Shown here: one piece after another, positions 52,121-61,790 of the stretch
How positions within the stretch are numbered: position 1 is the stretch's first letter
Layout: each line of letters opens with the position of its first letter
NCBI GenBank assembly: GCA_038240025.1
Contig: JBBSED010000005.1
Location: 95,134 to 159,133, forward strand
Origin: Chthoniobacterales bacterium
GTDB lineage: Bacteria > Verrucomicrobiota > Verrucomicrobiia > Chthoniobacterales > UBA10450
Direction of reading: 5' to 3'
Length of the DNA stretch: 64,000 nucleotides
The notes under the pieces: generated by a model
Databases searched by the model: none
Told to the model about the DNA's origin: nothing
What the model saw: only the letters and a program-made list of their open reading frames with translations
Made by a program: the position numbers and the translations under genes

Positions 52121-53935
52121 ATGCAGAATTCCTTTTCCCAGCGAAGCCAAGGCGCCGATCTGGTCGAGGGCGGAGTGCGTTATCGCACCTGGGCTCCCGG
52201 GAAGAGGGAGATCGCGGCGGTGGTTTGCGACCGCGCCGGCGCAGAGCTGCGGACAGTTGGCCTAACAAAAAGTGAGGACGGCTACTTTTCCGGGCTGGAT
52301 GAACGCGGGCGCGCCGGCGATCGCTATCGATACCACTTCGAAGGTAGGGACTGGCCCGATCCGGCTTCGCGTTTCAACCCCGACGGTGTGCACAGAGCGG
52401 CGCAGGTGATCGATCCACGCGACTACGAATGGCAGGATGGATCATGGCGCACTCCGGCTTTCTCGGGGCTGGTTCTTTACGAGCTGCATCTCGGGACTTT
52501 CACGCCGGTAGGAACTTTCCGAGCGGCGATCGAGAAGCTCGATCACCTCGTGGAGCTGGGCGTGAACGCGCTTGAGGTCATGCCAATCGCGGACTTCCCG
52601 GGCGCGCGGAACTGGGGTTACGACGGCGTGCTGCTCTACGCGCCGGCGCGGGTTTATGGCTCGCCTAACGAGCTGCGGGCGCTGGTCGATGCCGCCCACG
52701 CCCGCGGCCTCGCCGTCGTTCTGGATGTCGTCTACAACCATCTTGGTCCGGACGGCAATTATCTCGGGACTTACAGCCCGGATTATTTCAACCCCGCGCA
52801 CAAAACGCCGTGGGGCGATGCGTTCAATTTCGAGCTTCTGCCGGTCCGGCAATTTTTTCTCGAGAACGCCGAATACTGGCGGCGGGAATTTCACTTCGAC
52901 GGCTTCCGGCTCGATGCCACGCACGCGATGGTCGACACTTCGGAAACCCATTTTCTCGCGGAAGTGGCAGCGCGGGTGCATTCGTTAGGGGGCTTCATTA
53001 CGGTGGAGGACGAACGGAATGCGCCACAGCTCCTTCTTCCGCCGGCCCGCGGGGGGATGGGACTCGACGCTTCCTGGGCGGATGATTTTCACCACGTCGT
53101 GCGCGTGTTGCTGACGGGCGCGAGGGAAGGCTACTACCGCTCGTACGCGGGGACGGTGGCGGAATTGGCGGCGACTTTGCGGAACGGTTGGCTGCTCCAC
53201 GGGGCGGCCCGGACGCGCAGCCTAACGAATCCGCCTAACGAATCCGCGGAGCTGCTGCCGGCGCAGTTCGTTTTCTGCATCATGAATCACGACCAGATCG
53301 GGAACCATGCGTTTGGTCAGCGGCTGAATGTCAAAGTGACCGCCGCGAGTTATCGCGCGGCCTCCGCGTTGCTCTGCCTGGTGCCGTATACGCCGCTCCT
53401 TTTCATGGGACAGGAATGGGCCGCTACGGCGCCGTTTCAATTTTTCACCGATCACGAGCCGGACCTCGGCCGGAAGATCACCGCCGGCCGGCGCGAGGAG
53501 TTCAAGGGCTTCGCGGAGTTTCGGGATCCGGTCACGCGCGAACAGATTCCCGATCCGCAGGCTGAATCGACTTTTCTCCGTTCCAAGCTGCTCTGGGAGG
53601 AACTGAAAGGCGAAGCGCACGCCGCGACATTGCGACTTTATCGCCAGCTGCTGCGGCTGCGGCGCACGCAACCGGCGCTGCAGAATCGCGCGCGCACGAA
53701 CTGGCACGTGACGGAGTTGGACGACGGATTGGTGCAAATTGATTTTGGCCTAACGAGTCCCGACCCGCGCTGCCGGGTGCTGGTCGATTTGCTCGGTGGC
53801 CAGGGTCGGGCACAGCCGCCAGCCGATGAATGGAAGTTGCTGCTTTCGACAAACGAAGCGCGTTTTGGCGGCGAGGCCTTGCCGGCTTTCGTCGCGCCGG
53901 AAGTGCGGGTGTTCGAGTCCTCCGGGCGGGATTGA
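52121..53935 (+). CDS. treZ: GH13 family alpha-amylase-type enzyme, malto-oligosyltrehalose trehalohydrolase-like
   Basis: N-terminal E-set domain, GH13 catalytic regions (GVNALEVMPIADF, VVLDVVYNHLGPDGNYL); ATG at 52121. Confidence 0.55.
   Translation: MQNSFSQRSQGADLVEGGVRYRTWAPGKREIAAVVCDRAGAELRTVGLTKSEDGYFSGLDERGRAGDRYRYHFEGRDWPDPASRFNPDGVHRAAQVIDPRDYEWQDGSWRTPAFSGLVLYELHLGTFTPVGTFRAAIEKLDHLVELGVNALEVMPIADFPGARNWGYDGVLLYAPARVYGSPNELRALVDAAHARGLAVVLDVVYNHLGPDGNYLGTYSPDYFNPAHKTPWGDAFNFELLPVRQFFLENAEYWRREFHFDGFRLDATHAMVDTSETHFLAEVAARVHSLGGFITVEDERNAPQLLLPPARGGMGLDASWADDFHHVVRVLLTGAREGYYRSYAGTVAELAATLRNGWLLHGAARTRSLTNPPNESAELLPAQFVFCIMNHDQIGNHAFGQRLNVKVTAASYRAASALLCLVPYTPLLFMGQEWAATAPFQFFTDHEPDLGRKITAGRREEFKGFAEFRDPVTREQIPDPQAESTFLRSKLLWEELKGEAHAATLRLYRQLLRLRRTQPALQNRARTNWHVTELDDGLVQIDFGLTSPDPRCRVLVDLLGGQGRAQPPADEWKLLLSTNEARFGGEALPAFVAPEVRVFESSGRD
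53220..53246 (+). repeat. Two adjacent copies of GCCTAACGAATCC inside treZ, encoding LTNP and PNES in different frames
   Basis: cag-CCTAACGAATCCG-CCTAACGAATCCG-cgg; 13-nt period, frame maintained. Confidence 0.8.
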
Positions 53936-53968
53936 CCGCGGGACGCACCCAGCGAAGATGTCGACACC

Positions 53969-54454
53969 TTGAAGACGAAAATTCTTTCACTTGAGGAACT
54001 GGGCGAACGCGCCCGCGTGCTCCGCGACGGCGGTGGTCGACTGGTGTTGACCAATGGTTGCTTCGATCTGCTGCACGTCGGTCACGTGCGTTGTCTGCAG
54101 CAGGCTCGGGGGCTCGGCGATCGCCTGGCGGTGGCGTTGAACGGTGACGAATCGGTGCGTTCGCTCAAGGGGCCGGGGCGTCCCATTAATTGCGCGGCCG
54201 ACCGCGCGGAGGTGTTGGCGGCTCTGGAGTGTGTGGATTTCGTCACCATTTTTCCAGCGATCCGGGCGACCGAGGTGATCTTCGCGACGCGTCCGGCGAT
54301 CTATGTGAAGGGCGGCGATTACACGGCGGAGAGTCTGGACGCCGAAGAGCGGGCCGCGTTGGATGAGGTCGGCGCGAAGATCGAGATCCTTCCGTTGGTC
54401 CCGGGCAAATCCACTGCGAGAATTGTCGAGCGAATGTCAGCTCCCTCGCTGTGA
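53969..54454 (+). CDS. D-beta-D-heptose 1-phosphate adenylyltransferase (RfaE domain II-like cytidylyltransferase)
   Basis: GCFDLLHVGH nucleotidyltransferase motif. Confidence 0.65.
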   Translation: MKTKILSLEELGERARVLRDGGGRLVLTNGCFDLLHVGHVRCLQQARGLGDRLAVALNGDESVRSLKGPGRPINCAADRAEVLAALECVDFVTIFPAIRATEVIFATRPAIYVKGGDYTAESLDAEERAALDEVGAKIEILPLVPGKSTARIVERMSAPSL

Positions 54455-55047
54455 AGCCGCTCCGATTGGGCGTTCTCGGGTCGGGCAAAGGATCGAACTG
54501 TCGCGCGATCCTGGAGGAAATTCGGGGCGGTCGGTTGGCGGCCGCAGTGCGGTTGGTCGTCGCGGATGGGCCGGACGCTGGAATTCTCGACGTCGCGCGG
54601 GAGTTCGGCGTGCCGAGCGCGGTCCTACCGGAGGGTCCATGGCGGACCAAGCTCGATCCGGCGGCCGAGGCGGAACTCGTTAGGCTATTACGCGCGGCGG
54701 AAGTGGAACTGGTCGTGCTCGCCGGTTTCATGCGCATCCTGAAAGCGCCGGTGCTCGACGCTTTCGCCGGGCGGATCGTCAATATTCACCCCTCACTGCT
54801 GCCAAGATTCCCCGGGAAAGAGGCGTGGACACAGGCGCTCGCCGCCGGTGAAACGGTGACGGGCTGCACGGTACACTTCGTCGATTCCGGAGTCGATACG
54901 GGCGAAATTATCGCGCAGCGGGAAATCGCGATCCTGCCTAACGACACGGCGGCGGCATTGCACGCTCGAATCCAGATCGCGGAGCGAAAGCTGTTCCCCG
55001 CGGTCATCGGTCAACTCGCGGCCCGCTGGGCCGAAAGCGGGTCCTAA
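54451..55047 (+). CDS. purN: Phosphoribosylglycinamide formyltransferase
   Basis: GSGKGSN ... VNIHPSLLP ... HFVDSGVDTG motifs; GTG start. Confidence 0.8.
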   Translation: MKPLRLGVLGSGKGSNCRAILEEIRGGRLAAAVRLVVADGPDAGILDVAREFGVPSAVLPEGPWRTKLDPAAEAELVRLLRAAEVELVVLAGFMRILKAPVLDAFAGRIVNIHPSLLPRFPGKEAWTQALAAGETVTGCTVHFVDSGVDTGEIIAQREIAILPNDTAAALHARIQIAERKLFPAVIGQLAARWAESGS

Positions 55048-56042
55048 CTTCGCTCGGATTTCTGGTCCCGCTCGAGCAGTTCCTGCATCGCCTGCGCGGG
55101 GACCCTCCGTTGGTGCAAGACGGCGTAGACCTGATCGATGATCGGCGTTTCAATGCCGAGTTTTCGCGCGCATTCGAAGGCGCTACGGGCAGTAGGGATT
55201 CCTTCGGCGACGGTCTTCATGCCGTTCGTAATCTCAGTTAATGTTTTTCCCCGGCCCAACTCTTCGCCCACGCGGCGATTCCGGCTGAGGCGGCTGAAAC
55301 AGGTGGCGACCAGATCGCCCGCGCCGCTCAGGCCTTGGAACGTGCGCGGTTCGCCGCCCATCGCGGCGCCGAGGCGGGAAAGTTCCGCGAGAGCGCGAGT
55401 GACCAAGGCGGCTTTGGAATTGTCACCCAAGCCAAATCCGTCCCCCACGCCGGCCGCGATCGCGAAGATGTTTTTCAGGGCGCCTCCGAGTTCGATGCCC
55501 ACGATCTCGTGGCTGGTGTAAACGCGGAAGCGAGAGCTGCCGAAGAGCTGCTGGAGCCGTTCGGCGATCGCCTGATCACGGCAGCCGAGGACCGTCGCGG
55601 TGGGCAGGCCTCGGGCGACTTCGACGGCCAGATTCGGGCCAGAAAGGACCGCCACTTGATTGGTTGGGAATTGTTCGGCCAGAATCTCCGTCATGCGCAT
55701 GCCGGTGCCGTGCTCGATCCCCTTGGTGCAGCTGAGCAGGATCGTCTCGTCGTTCTGCACCAGGGTCCGCAATCGGCTGGCCACGTCGCGCAGAACGACG
55801 GAGGGCGTGACGAAGACCAAAACGTCCGCCTCCGCGCATTCCGAGAGCTCACTCGTTAGGCGAAGGTTCTCCGGCAGATCGGTCCCCGGGAGATAGTCCG
55901 GGTTCTGCCGGGTGCGAGAGATTTCCTTTACCCGCTCGGGGGTATGCCCCCAGAGCAGGACCTCGTTTTCCTGCCGTGCCCAGAGGACCGCAAGAGCGGT
56001 GCCCCACCCGCCGGTCCCGAGGATCGCGATCTTATTGGTCAT
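55044..56042 (-). CDS. gpsA: NAD(P)H-dependent glycerol-3-phosphate dehydrogenase
   Basis: N-terminal GTGGWGTALA Rossmann fold, full-length GpsA. Confidence 0.85.
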   Translation of the reverse strand: MTNKIAILGTGGWGTALAVLWARQENEVLLWGHTPERVKEISRTRQNPDYLPGTDLPENLRLTSELSECAEADVLVFVTPSVVLRDVASRLRTLVQNDETILLSCTKGIEHGTGMRMTEILAEQFPTNQVAVLSGPNLAVEVARGLPTATVLGCRDQAIAERLQQLFGSSRFRVYTSHEIVGIELGGALKNIFAIAAGVGDGFGLGDNSKAALVTRALAELSRLGAAMGGEPRTFQGLSGAGDLVATCFSRLSRNRRVGEELGRGKTLTEITNGMKTVAEGIPTARSAFECARKLGIETPIIDQVYAVLHQRRVPAQAMQELLERDQKSERS

Positions 56043-56673
56043 TTTTTGAAACGAAGCGTTCTTCAGTGCCCTGCCAGAGTCGCGCGATGTTCGAACGATG
56101 TCTCCAGATCACAACCCCGGCGATAAGAATCGAAAAGGGCAGCAGAGCCGGTCCGCTGATCACTTTCATTCGCAGGTAGAGGAGAACGAAGAGGGGTAAA
56201 GCTGCGGCCGCAGTGATGGAGGCAATCGACACGTAGCGGGTGATCTTAAAGATCACGAGCCAGACAAGGAAAACGGAAATGACGGCTACGGGCATGAGGC
56301 CGAGGAGCACGCCGGCGGACGTTGCGACACCTTTTCCGCCTCGGAAACGTAACCAGACGGGAAACGTGTGCCCCAGAATGCAGGCGAGGCCGCCTACGAT
56401 CCCAACGATCTCCGGGTGACTGATCTGGGGGGATCTTGCGGCCAGGAGGAAGGCGATTTCCACGGCAACGTAGCCTTTGAGCGCGTCTAGGAAAAAAACG
56501 AGGAAGCCCCAACTCTTGCCCAAAACCCGCAAGACGTTAGTCGCGCCGATGTTGCCGCTGCCATGCTGGCGAATGTCAATTCCGCGAGCCCGCGAGATGA
56601 GGAGACCGTTCGGGCACGAACCTAAAAAGTAACCGATGATCGCCGCCAGAACAAAACAGATGAGAATTTGCAA
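56032..56673 (-). CDS. plsY: Glycerol-3-phosphate acyltransferase PlsY
   Basis: Family-typical membrane protein with GSGNIGATN. Confidence 0.8.
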   Translation of the reverse strand: MQILICFVLAAIIGYFLGSCPNGLLISRARGIDIRQHGSGNIGATNVLRVLGKSWGFLVFFLDALKGYVAVEIAFLLAARSPQISHPEIVGIVGGLACILGHTFPVWLRFRGGKGVATSAGVLLGLMPVAVISVFLVWLVIFKITRYVSIASITAAAALPLFVLLYLRMKVISGPALLPFSILIAGVVIWRHRSNIARLWQGTEERFVSKNDQ

Positions 56674-56684
56674 AAGTCTATTAA

Positions 56685-58553
56685 TCAGTTGGTTATACTA
56701 TGCTTTTTGATCCACATAGATAAAATTCCTAGATCGCTAGGAGTGACTCCGCTGATCCGTCCGGCCTGCCCGATGTTGGTCGGCTGTGAGATAGCCAGTT
56801 TCTGCCGAGCCTCATTTCGCAGGCCCGCGACGGCTGCATAATCGAATTCATTCGGGATCAGTTGGGATTGAGCCTTCCTCATCAGATCGACCTGATCGCG
56901 TTCCCGTCGGATGTATCCCTCGTACTTGAGGTCGGTGGTTACGAGCTCCCAGAATTCCAAGGGTATATTGTGCCGAATTCCGTCCGGAATGGACGACGCT
57001 TGAAACTCGGTTTGCTTCATGAGGTGGCTGAGCAACTGGCCTTCCAAACGAGTGGTTTCGGCCAGGGTTCTTGCGCTCCGCAAAGTCTGTTCTTTATCGG
57101 AGAGGAGCATTCTTCGTCTTTCGTCGACCAGTCCGATTTCGGCTGCCTTCGGCGTAAGGCGAAGATCAGCGTTGTCCTGCCTCAAGAGCAGGCGGTGCTC
57201 CGCACGGCTGGTGAACATCCGATAAGGTTCGAGGGTTCCCTTGGTGACCAGATCGTCGATCATCACGCCGATGTAAGCCTCGCTCCGGTCTAGAATGAAC
57301 TCCCGACCGGAGGAGAGTTTGAGCGCGGCGTTTGTCCCTGCCATTAATCCTTGGGCCGCTGCTTCCTCGTATCCCGAAGTTCCGTTGATTTGGCCCGCAA
57401 AGTAGAGGCCGCCAACCAGCTTGGTTTCCAGGGTAGGCCGGAGCTGCGTCGGTGGGAAGTAGTCGTATTCGACCGCGTAGCCTGGCCTCATTATTTCGGC
57501 CTTTCGCAAGCCAGGAATCGAACGAATGAAGCGGAGTTGGACATCGTAGGGGAGGCTGGTCGAGACGCCGTTCACATAAAATTCTTCAGTTTGGCGCCCC
57601 TCAGGCTCCAGAAAAATCTGATGCTGCGCGCGGTCTGGGAATTTCACCACTTTGTCTTCGATCGAGGGACAGTAACGCGGCCCCTTACCTTCGATCTTAC
57701 CGCTGTAGAGGGCAGATTGATGAAGATTATCGTGAATAATTTCGTGGGTCTCCGGCGTGGTGTTTGTAATCCAGCACGGAAGCTGTTCCACATGGAACGC
57801 ACCGTTCACGACCGTGTTGAGCGTGAGAAACTCTTCCGACGCATCGAACGCTTGCAAAGGCGGTAAAAAGCTAAAGCGACACGGAATTTGGTCGCCATCT
57901 TGGCGTTGGCAAAGGTCGAAATTGATGGACTTGGCGTTCAACCGGCAGGGCGTTCCTGTCTTGAAGCGTCCCACTTCAAAACCTATTCCGCGAAGACTCT
58001 CACTAAGCGGGGAACTCGCGTCTGCCATTCGGCCGCCCTTCAATTGTCGATTGCCGAGATGCAGCAAGCCTCGAAGGAAGGTGCCGGCCGTGAGAACAAT
58101 GCTGCGACCGAAAAACTGGACACCCAAGTCCGTTTCAACGCCCCTCGCGACGTCATCAGCGAGGATAACCCGAGCTACTCCTCCTTGTTTCACGTCTAGA
58201 TTTCTCGCTTGTTCTAGAACGTATTTGAGGCGGAACTGATAGGCTTTTTTATCGCATTGGACTCTCGGAGCTCGAACGCTGGGGCCTTTTGAACGATTGA
58301 GAAGGCGAAATTGGATGCCGGTAGCGTCAGCGTTGACACCCATAATTCCACCGAGAGCATCGATCTCGCGCACCATGTGTCCCTTAGCTAATCCTCCAAT
58401 AGCCGGATTGCACGACATCTGACCCAACGTATCAAGGTTCTGACTTAGAAGCAGGGTTTTTGCCCCCAACCGCGACGCGGCTAAGGCGGCCTCCGCGCCA
58501 GCATGTCCTCCGCCCACAGCGATTACGTCGTAATGTGTCCCTGACGAATGCAT
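56685..58553 (-). CDS. mnmG: tRNA uridine-5-carboxymethylaminomethyl modification enzyme MnmG (GidA)
   Basis: FAD-binding N-terminus ([14 protein letters not shown]) and full-length MnmG. Confidence 0.9.
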   Translation of the reverse strand: MHSSGTHYDVIAVGGGHAGAEAALAASRLGAKTLLLSQNLDTLGQMSCNPAIGGLAKGHMVREIDALGGIMGVNADATGIQFRLLNRSKGPSVRAPRVQCDKKAYQFRLKYVLEQARNLDVKQGGVARVILADDVARGVETDLGVQFFGRSIVLTAGTFLRGLLHLGNRQLKGGRMADASSPLSESLRGIGFEVGRFKTGTPCRLNAKSINFDLCQRQDGDQIPCRFSFLPPLQAFDASEEFLTLNTVVNGAFHVEQLPCWITNTTPETHEIIHDNLHQSALYSGKIEGKGPRYCPSIEDKVVKFPDRAQHQIFLEPEGRQTEEFYVNGVSTSLPYDVQLRFIRSIPGLRKAEIMRPGYAVEYDYFPPTQLRPTLETKLVGGLYFAGQINGTSGYEEAAAQGLMAGTNAALKLSSGREFILDRSEAYIGVMIDDLVTKGTLEPYRMFTSRAEHRLLLRQDNADLRLTPKAAEIGLVDERRRMLLSDKEQTLRSARTLAETTRLEGQLLSHLMKQTEFQASSIPDGIRHNIPLEFWELVTTDLKYEGYIRRERDQVDLMRKAQSQLIPNEFDYAAVAGLRNEARQKLAISQPTNIGQAGRISGVTPSDLGILSMWIKKHSITN

Positions 58554-58559
58554 ATGGAA

Positions 58560-58952
58560 TTACTTCGGACTCTCCAAGATGCCGGCATTCGGTAGCGGTA
58601 GCAGGTCAGAGAGCTGTCGCTCAAGCGGCAATCGGGAATTTCCTTCACTGAAGATTCGGAGGCGGGGGGAAAACTCGGCAAGAACCTGACGGCACGCTCC
58701 GCACGGGACGATCGCAGTCGGGGTAGCGGCCACAATCGCCAAGGCGGTGAACTTCGTTTCGCCGGCTGCAATTGCGCTGAAAACTGCAGATCGCTCCGCA
58801 CAGATCGTAAGACCAAACGAGATATTTTCGACATTACAGCCCGTGAAGATAGCTCCTGAATCGGAAAGAATGGCCGCTCCCACTTTGAAGCTAGAGTAGG
58901 GCGCGTAAGCGAGCTCCCGCACCCTCCACGCATGATCCAATAATTCACGCAC
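58560..58952 (-). CDS. cdd: Cytidine deaminase
   Basis: Zn motifs CAERSA and PCGACRQ. Confidence 0.8.
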   Translation of the reverse strand: MRELLDHAWRVRELAYAPYSSFKVGAAILSDSGAIFTGCNVENISFGLTICAERSAVFSAIAAGETKFTALAIVAATPTAIVPCGACRQVLAEFSPRLRIFSEGNSRLPLERQLSDLLPLPNAGILESPK

Positions 58953-58955
58953 GAG

Positions 58956-59738
58956 TTATTTGCCTGCCCATGCCGGCCTCGGTTTCAACTTGTCAGACAT
59001 TGGAACCATCTTATTAGCCGCCTCGGTTTTTGCGGCAGCTTCTTCGGCCTCCTTCAGGAGGCGAAGAGATATTCGCCCCAACGCAACCAGAACGACTGCC
59101 GAGAGCAGGAGTCCACCTCCCCATACCCAATATTCGAACAACCGAGGATGCGATTTCCCGCGAATTAAATTCAACCCCAGTTGACCCAGAGTGCCAATAT
59201 AGGCGTAAAGGAAAAGACCGGGTGCCTGACCAATGGCGACCCAGAGCATACATGTCCGGAATCGCATGGAGGTGAGGCCATAGAGGTAGTTCAGGAGGCT
59301 CGTCGGGAATAAGGGGTGGAGCTGACTAAGCAGGATTATCTTCCAACCCTCTCGCTCCACTGCAGGCTCCAACGCCTCCAACGTGGCATTCCGCATGAGT
59401 TTCCTTCTTAGCCAGTTTCTTCCTAGCCAACGACTTATATAGAATGAAATCGCAGCGCCGGTCACGTTCCCTACGAGGATGATCAAGAATCCCCACCAAA
59501 GCCCGAAGAAGAATCCCCCGCCGATACTAAGGAGACCGCCCGGTAGCAACAGAACATTGCAACAAGCATATAAGAGCGGATACCAGATGGCGCTCCAAGC
59601 GCCGAGCCGCATCACTTTTTGCTGGATCGCCGAAATCCAGTCGACGAGGGGAAAATAATGTCCGGCAACGGCGAACAGAGCGGCAACCAGGACAAGCCCG
59701 CCGACCTGAACAAAAACCGCGCGGCGAACTTTCGACAT
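58956..59738 (-). CDS. DedA/TVP38/TMEM64 (VTT-domain) family membrane protein
   Basis: Family-typical TM pattern; internal Met start at 59738. Confidence 0.55.
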   Translation of the reverse strand: MSKVRRAVFVQVGGLVLVAALFAVAGHYFPLVDWISAIQQKVMRLGAWSAIWYPLLYACCNVLLLPGGLLSIGGGFFFGLWWGFLIILVGNVTGAAISFYISRWLGRNWLRRKLMRNATLEALEPAVEREGWKIILLSQLHPLFPTSLLNYLYGLTSMRFRTCMLWVAIGQAPGLFLYAYIGTLGQLGLNLIRGKSHPRLFEYWVWGGGLLLSAVVLVALGRISLRLLKEAEEAAAKTEAANKMVPMSDKLKPRPAWAGK

Positions 59739-59838
59739 CACGTTAATTTGCCAACAACCCTGGTCCAGCGCAAACACTGAGCAGCTTGCAGCGGCCGGGA
59801 AGAGTGGCTTTTTAGCCGCGGCAGACGCATAGCCGAAT

Positions 59839-59905
59839 CCCGACATAGCTCAGTTGGTAGAGCAGCTGATAGCAGTTTGACCGTTTCGACCCGCTACGAC
59901 TATCG
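59839..59905 (+). other. tRNA-like fragment: acceptor 5' strand plus perfect D-arm (TAGCTCAGTTGGTAGAGCA) without a recognisable anticodon/T-arm/3' acceptor
   Basis: Hand folding fails beyond position ~26; followed by a degenerate motif copy TATCGTTAGC. Confidence 0.35.
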
Positions 59906-60020
59906 TTAGCTTTCGCGGATCAGCACTGACGGCGGAAGCTCGGAATCGAGCTATGATTAACTCCAATTTGCCGTCATTGTGGCGTTGCGGGTCCAACGCG
60001 GGTCCAAGTGCGAAGATCAG

Positions 60021-61790
60021 TCAGCGAGCCATCGCCACTACGAGCGCGTGACGCAAGGCTGCGCGCGAGAGTGGTTTCCCCAGAACGAGGTCGATTCCTT
60101 CGGGCGCGATTCCGGCCGAGAAGGAGTCGTCCCCATACCCGGTCAGCAGGATAACAGGAGTCTCGGGCGCGAGCTTTTTAACTTCCAACGCGAGTTGCTC
60201 GCCGTTCATTTCCGGCATGATCTGATCGGTGATGACGAGGTCGAAATTGCCCGCGCGGAATTTTTCAAGAGCCCCGCGGCCGCCCTCCGCCGTCTCAACG
60301 GAATGCATGTCGATCTGCAGGTATTCGCAAAGGAGCTGGCAGAGGACGGGCTGATCGTCCACCATTAGGATATGGAGTGGGCGGTGAAGTGATCCCGCCG
60401 CCGCGATCGTGGTGTCAGTGGGGCCTTCGGCCGAAGGAAAACGCAATTTAAACGTTGTCCCGCGGCCGGGTGCGCTCTCGACCTCGACCGAGCCGGCGTG
60501 CCGCTGTACGATGCCGAAGACCATGGAGAGGCCGAGGCCGGTGCCTTTTTCGCCCTTGGTGGTGAAGAAGGGCTCGAGGCAACGCTCGCGCACTTCGTCG
60601 CTCATGCCGGTGCCGGTGTCGCTGATCTCGACGACCACCTCGTTTTCTTTCACGAGCGTGCGCAGGGTTATGGTGCCGCCTTCGGGCATGGCGTCGACGG
60701 CGTTGAAAATTAGGTTAGTCAAGGCCTCGCGCAATGCCGCTGGATCGCCCGAGATAAAGCCGATCTCACCGAAATCCGCCTCGGCGAAAATCGGTCGGCC
60801 GGCGGCGCGCGATTGGGTTTCCCAGCGCGGCTTGGTCAGAAAGACGGCCTGCTCGAGCAGCTCGTTGAAGTCGACTGGCAGGTGCACTTCATCTTCCTCA
60901 TCCGAGCGATAGAATTCGCGCAGACGTCCGACAATCTTGGAGGCGTCTTTGGCGGCGGTGAGAATGGTATTGAGCGGTTGGGCTGCCCGTTCCTTGGTCA
61001 GGCCGTTGTCGGAATCGGTGAGCAGGATTTCGCTAAAGCCCATGATCACGCTGAGCGCGTTATTGAAGTCGTGCGCGATCCCGCCGGCCATCGTGCCGAG
61101 GGCGGCGAGCCGTTCCTGTTGCGCCACCTGGCGCTGGGTCTCTTTCAATTCCGCAAGCGCCTTCTCGAGATCGATGGTGCGCTTGCGTACGTGCATTTCG
61201 AGGGTGGCGTTTTGTTCCTGAATCTTGAGATGCGCCGCTCGGGACTGGAGCAGATTGCCGATCCGCAGGAGCACTTCGAGTTGATCGAAAGGTTTGGTGA
61301 GAAAATCAGTCGCGCCGGCGGCGAGCGCCCTGCGCTTCGTCTCGCTCGTGATGTCCGCCGTGAGCACGACGATCGGGAGGTAATCATCGCTGCCGTGGTG
61401 GTCGCGCAGTTGCTCGAGCACCGCCAGGCCGTTGAAATGCGGCATCATCCAATCGGTTAGCACAAGATCGGGCTCGTGTTGTCGGAAGCTGGCGAGCGCC
61501 TCGCGCGAATCGGTGGTGCTGATGAGGTGATGGCAGTTCGCGCGTTTCAGAATCCGCTCCAGCAGGCGCACGTTCGATAACTCGTCGTCGATGATCAGAA
61601 TCTTCGCCGCCGCGATCAAAGGTTGGTCGAGCATTTCCAGGGCTGCGGTCAAGGCGCCAGCCGAAGGCGCGCTTTGAGGTGCGGAGCCACCCGGCTGGTG
61701 CGGTCGTCGTGACAAGGGAGAAAACAGCTTCGTTGCGGGGTAGGAGTCGGCGCTGGTTGCACTCATAGTCGTTATTATGCTGAGGAGCAA
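60021..61790 (-). CDS. Hybrid sensor histidine kinase: REC - HisKA - HATPase - REC
   Basis: Receiver motifs (ILIIDDE, Asp in LVLTDWMMP), H-box GIAHDFNNAL, GTGLGLSMV, C-terminal receiver; alternative start at 61634. Confidence 0.75.
   Translation of the reverse strand: MLLSIITTMSATSADSYPATKLFSPLSRRPHQPGGSAPQSAPSAGALTAALEMLDQPLIAAAKILIIDDELSNVRLLERILKRANCHHLISTTDSREALASFRQHEPDLVLTDWMMPHFNGLAVLEQLRDHHGSDDYLPIVVLTADITSETKRRALAAGATDFLTKPFDQLEVLLRIGNLLQSRAAHLKIQEQNATLEMHVRKRTIDLEKALAELKETQRQVAQQERLAALGTMAGGIAHDFNNALSVIMGFSEILLTDSDNGLTKERAAQPLNTILTAAKDASKIVGRLREFYRSDEEDEVHLPVDFNELLEQAVFLTKPRWETQSRAAGRPIFAEADFGEIGFISGDPAALREALTNLIFNAVDAMPEGGTITLRTLVKENEVVVEISDTGTGMSDEVRERCLEPFFTTKGEKGTGLGLSMVFGIVQRHAGSVEVESAPGRGTTFKLRFPSAEGPTDTTIAAAGSLHRPLHILMVDDQPVLCQLLCEYLQIDMHSVETAEGGRGALEKFRAGNFDLVITDQIMPEMNGEQLALEVKKLAPETPVILLTGYGDDSFSAGIAPEGIDLVLGKPLSRAALRHALVVAMAR

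Noticed and set aside
53220-53246. A simple recent 13-nt tandem duplication in treZ
   Set aside because: A 13-nt duplication would frameshift the gene, yet the ORF is intact. Two independent in-frame motif acquisitions, or a compensated event, is more likely.
59839-59912. A complete tRNA gene at 59.84 kb
   Set aside because: Only the 5' acceptor strand and D-arm fold. No complementary 3' acceptor, anticodon stem or T-arm could be found by hand on either strand.
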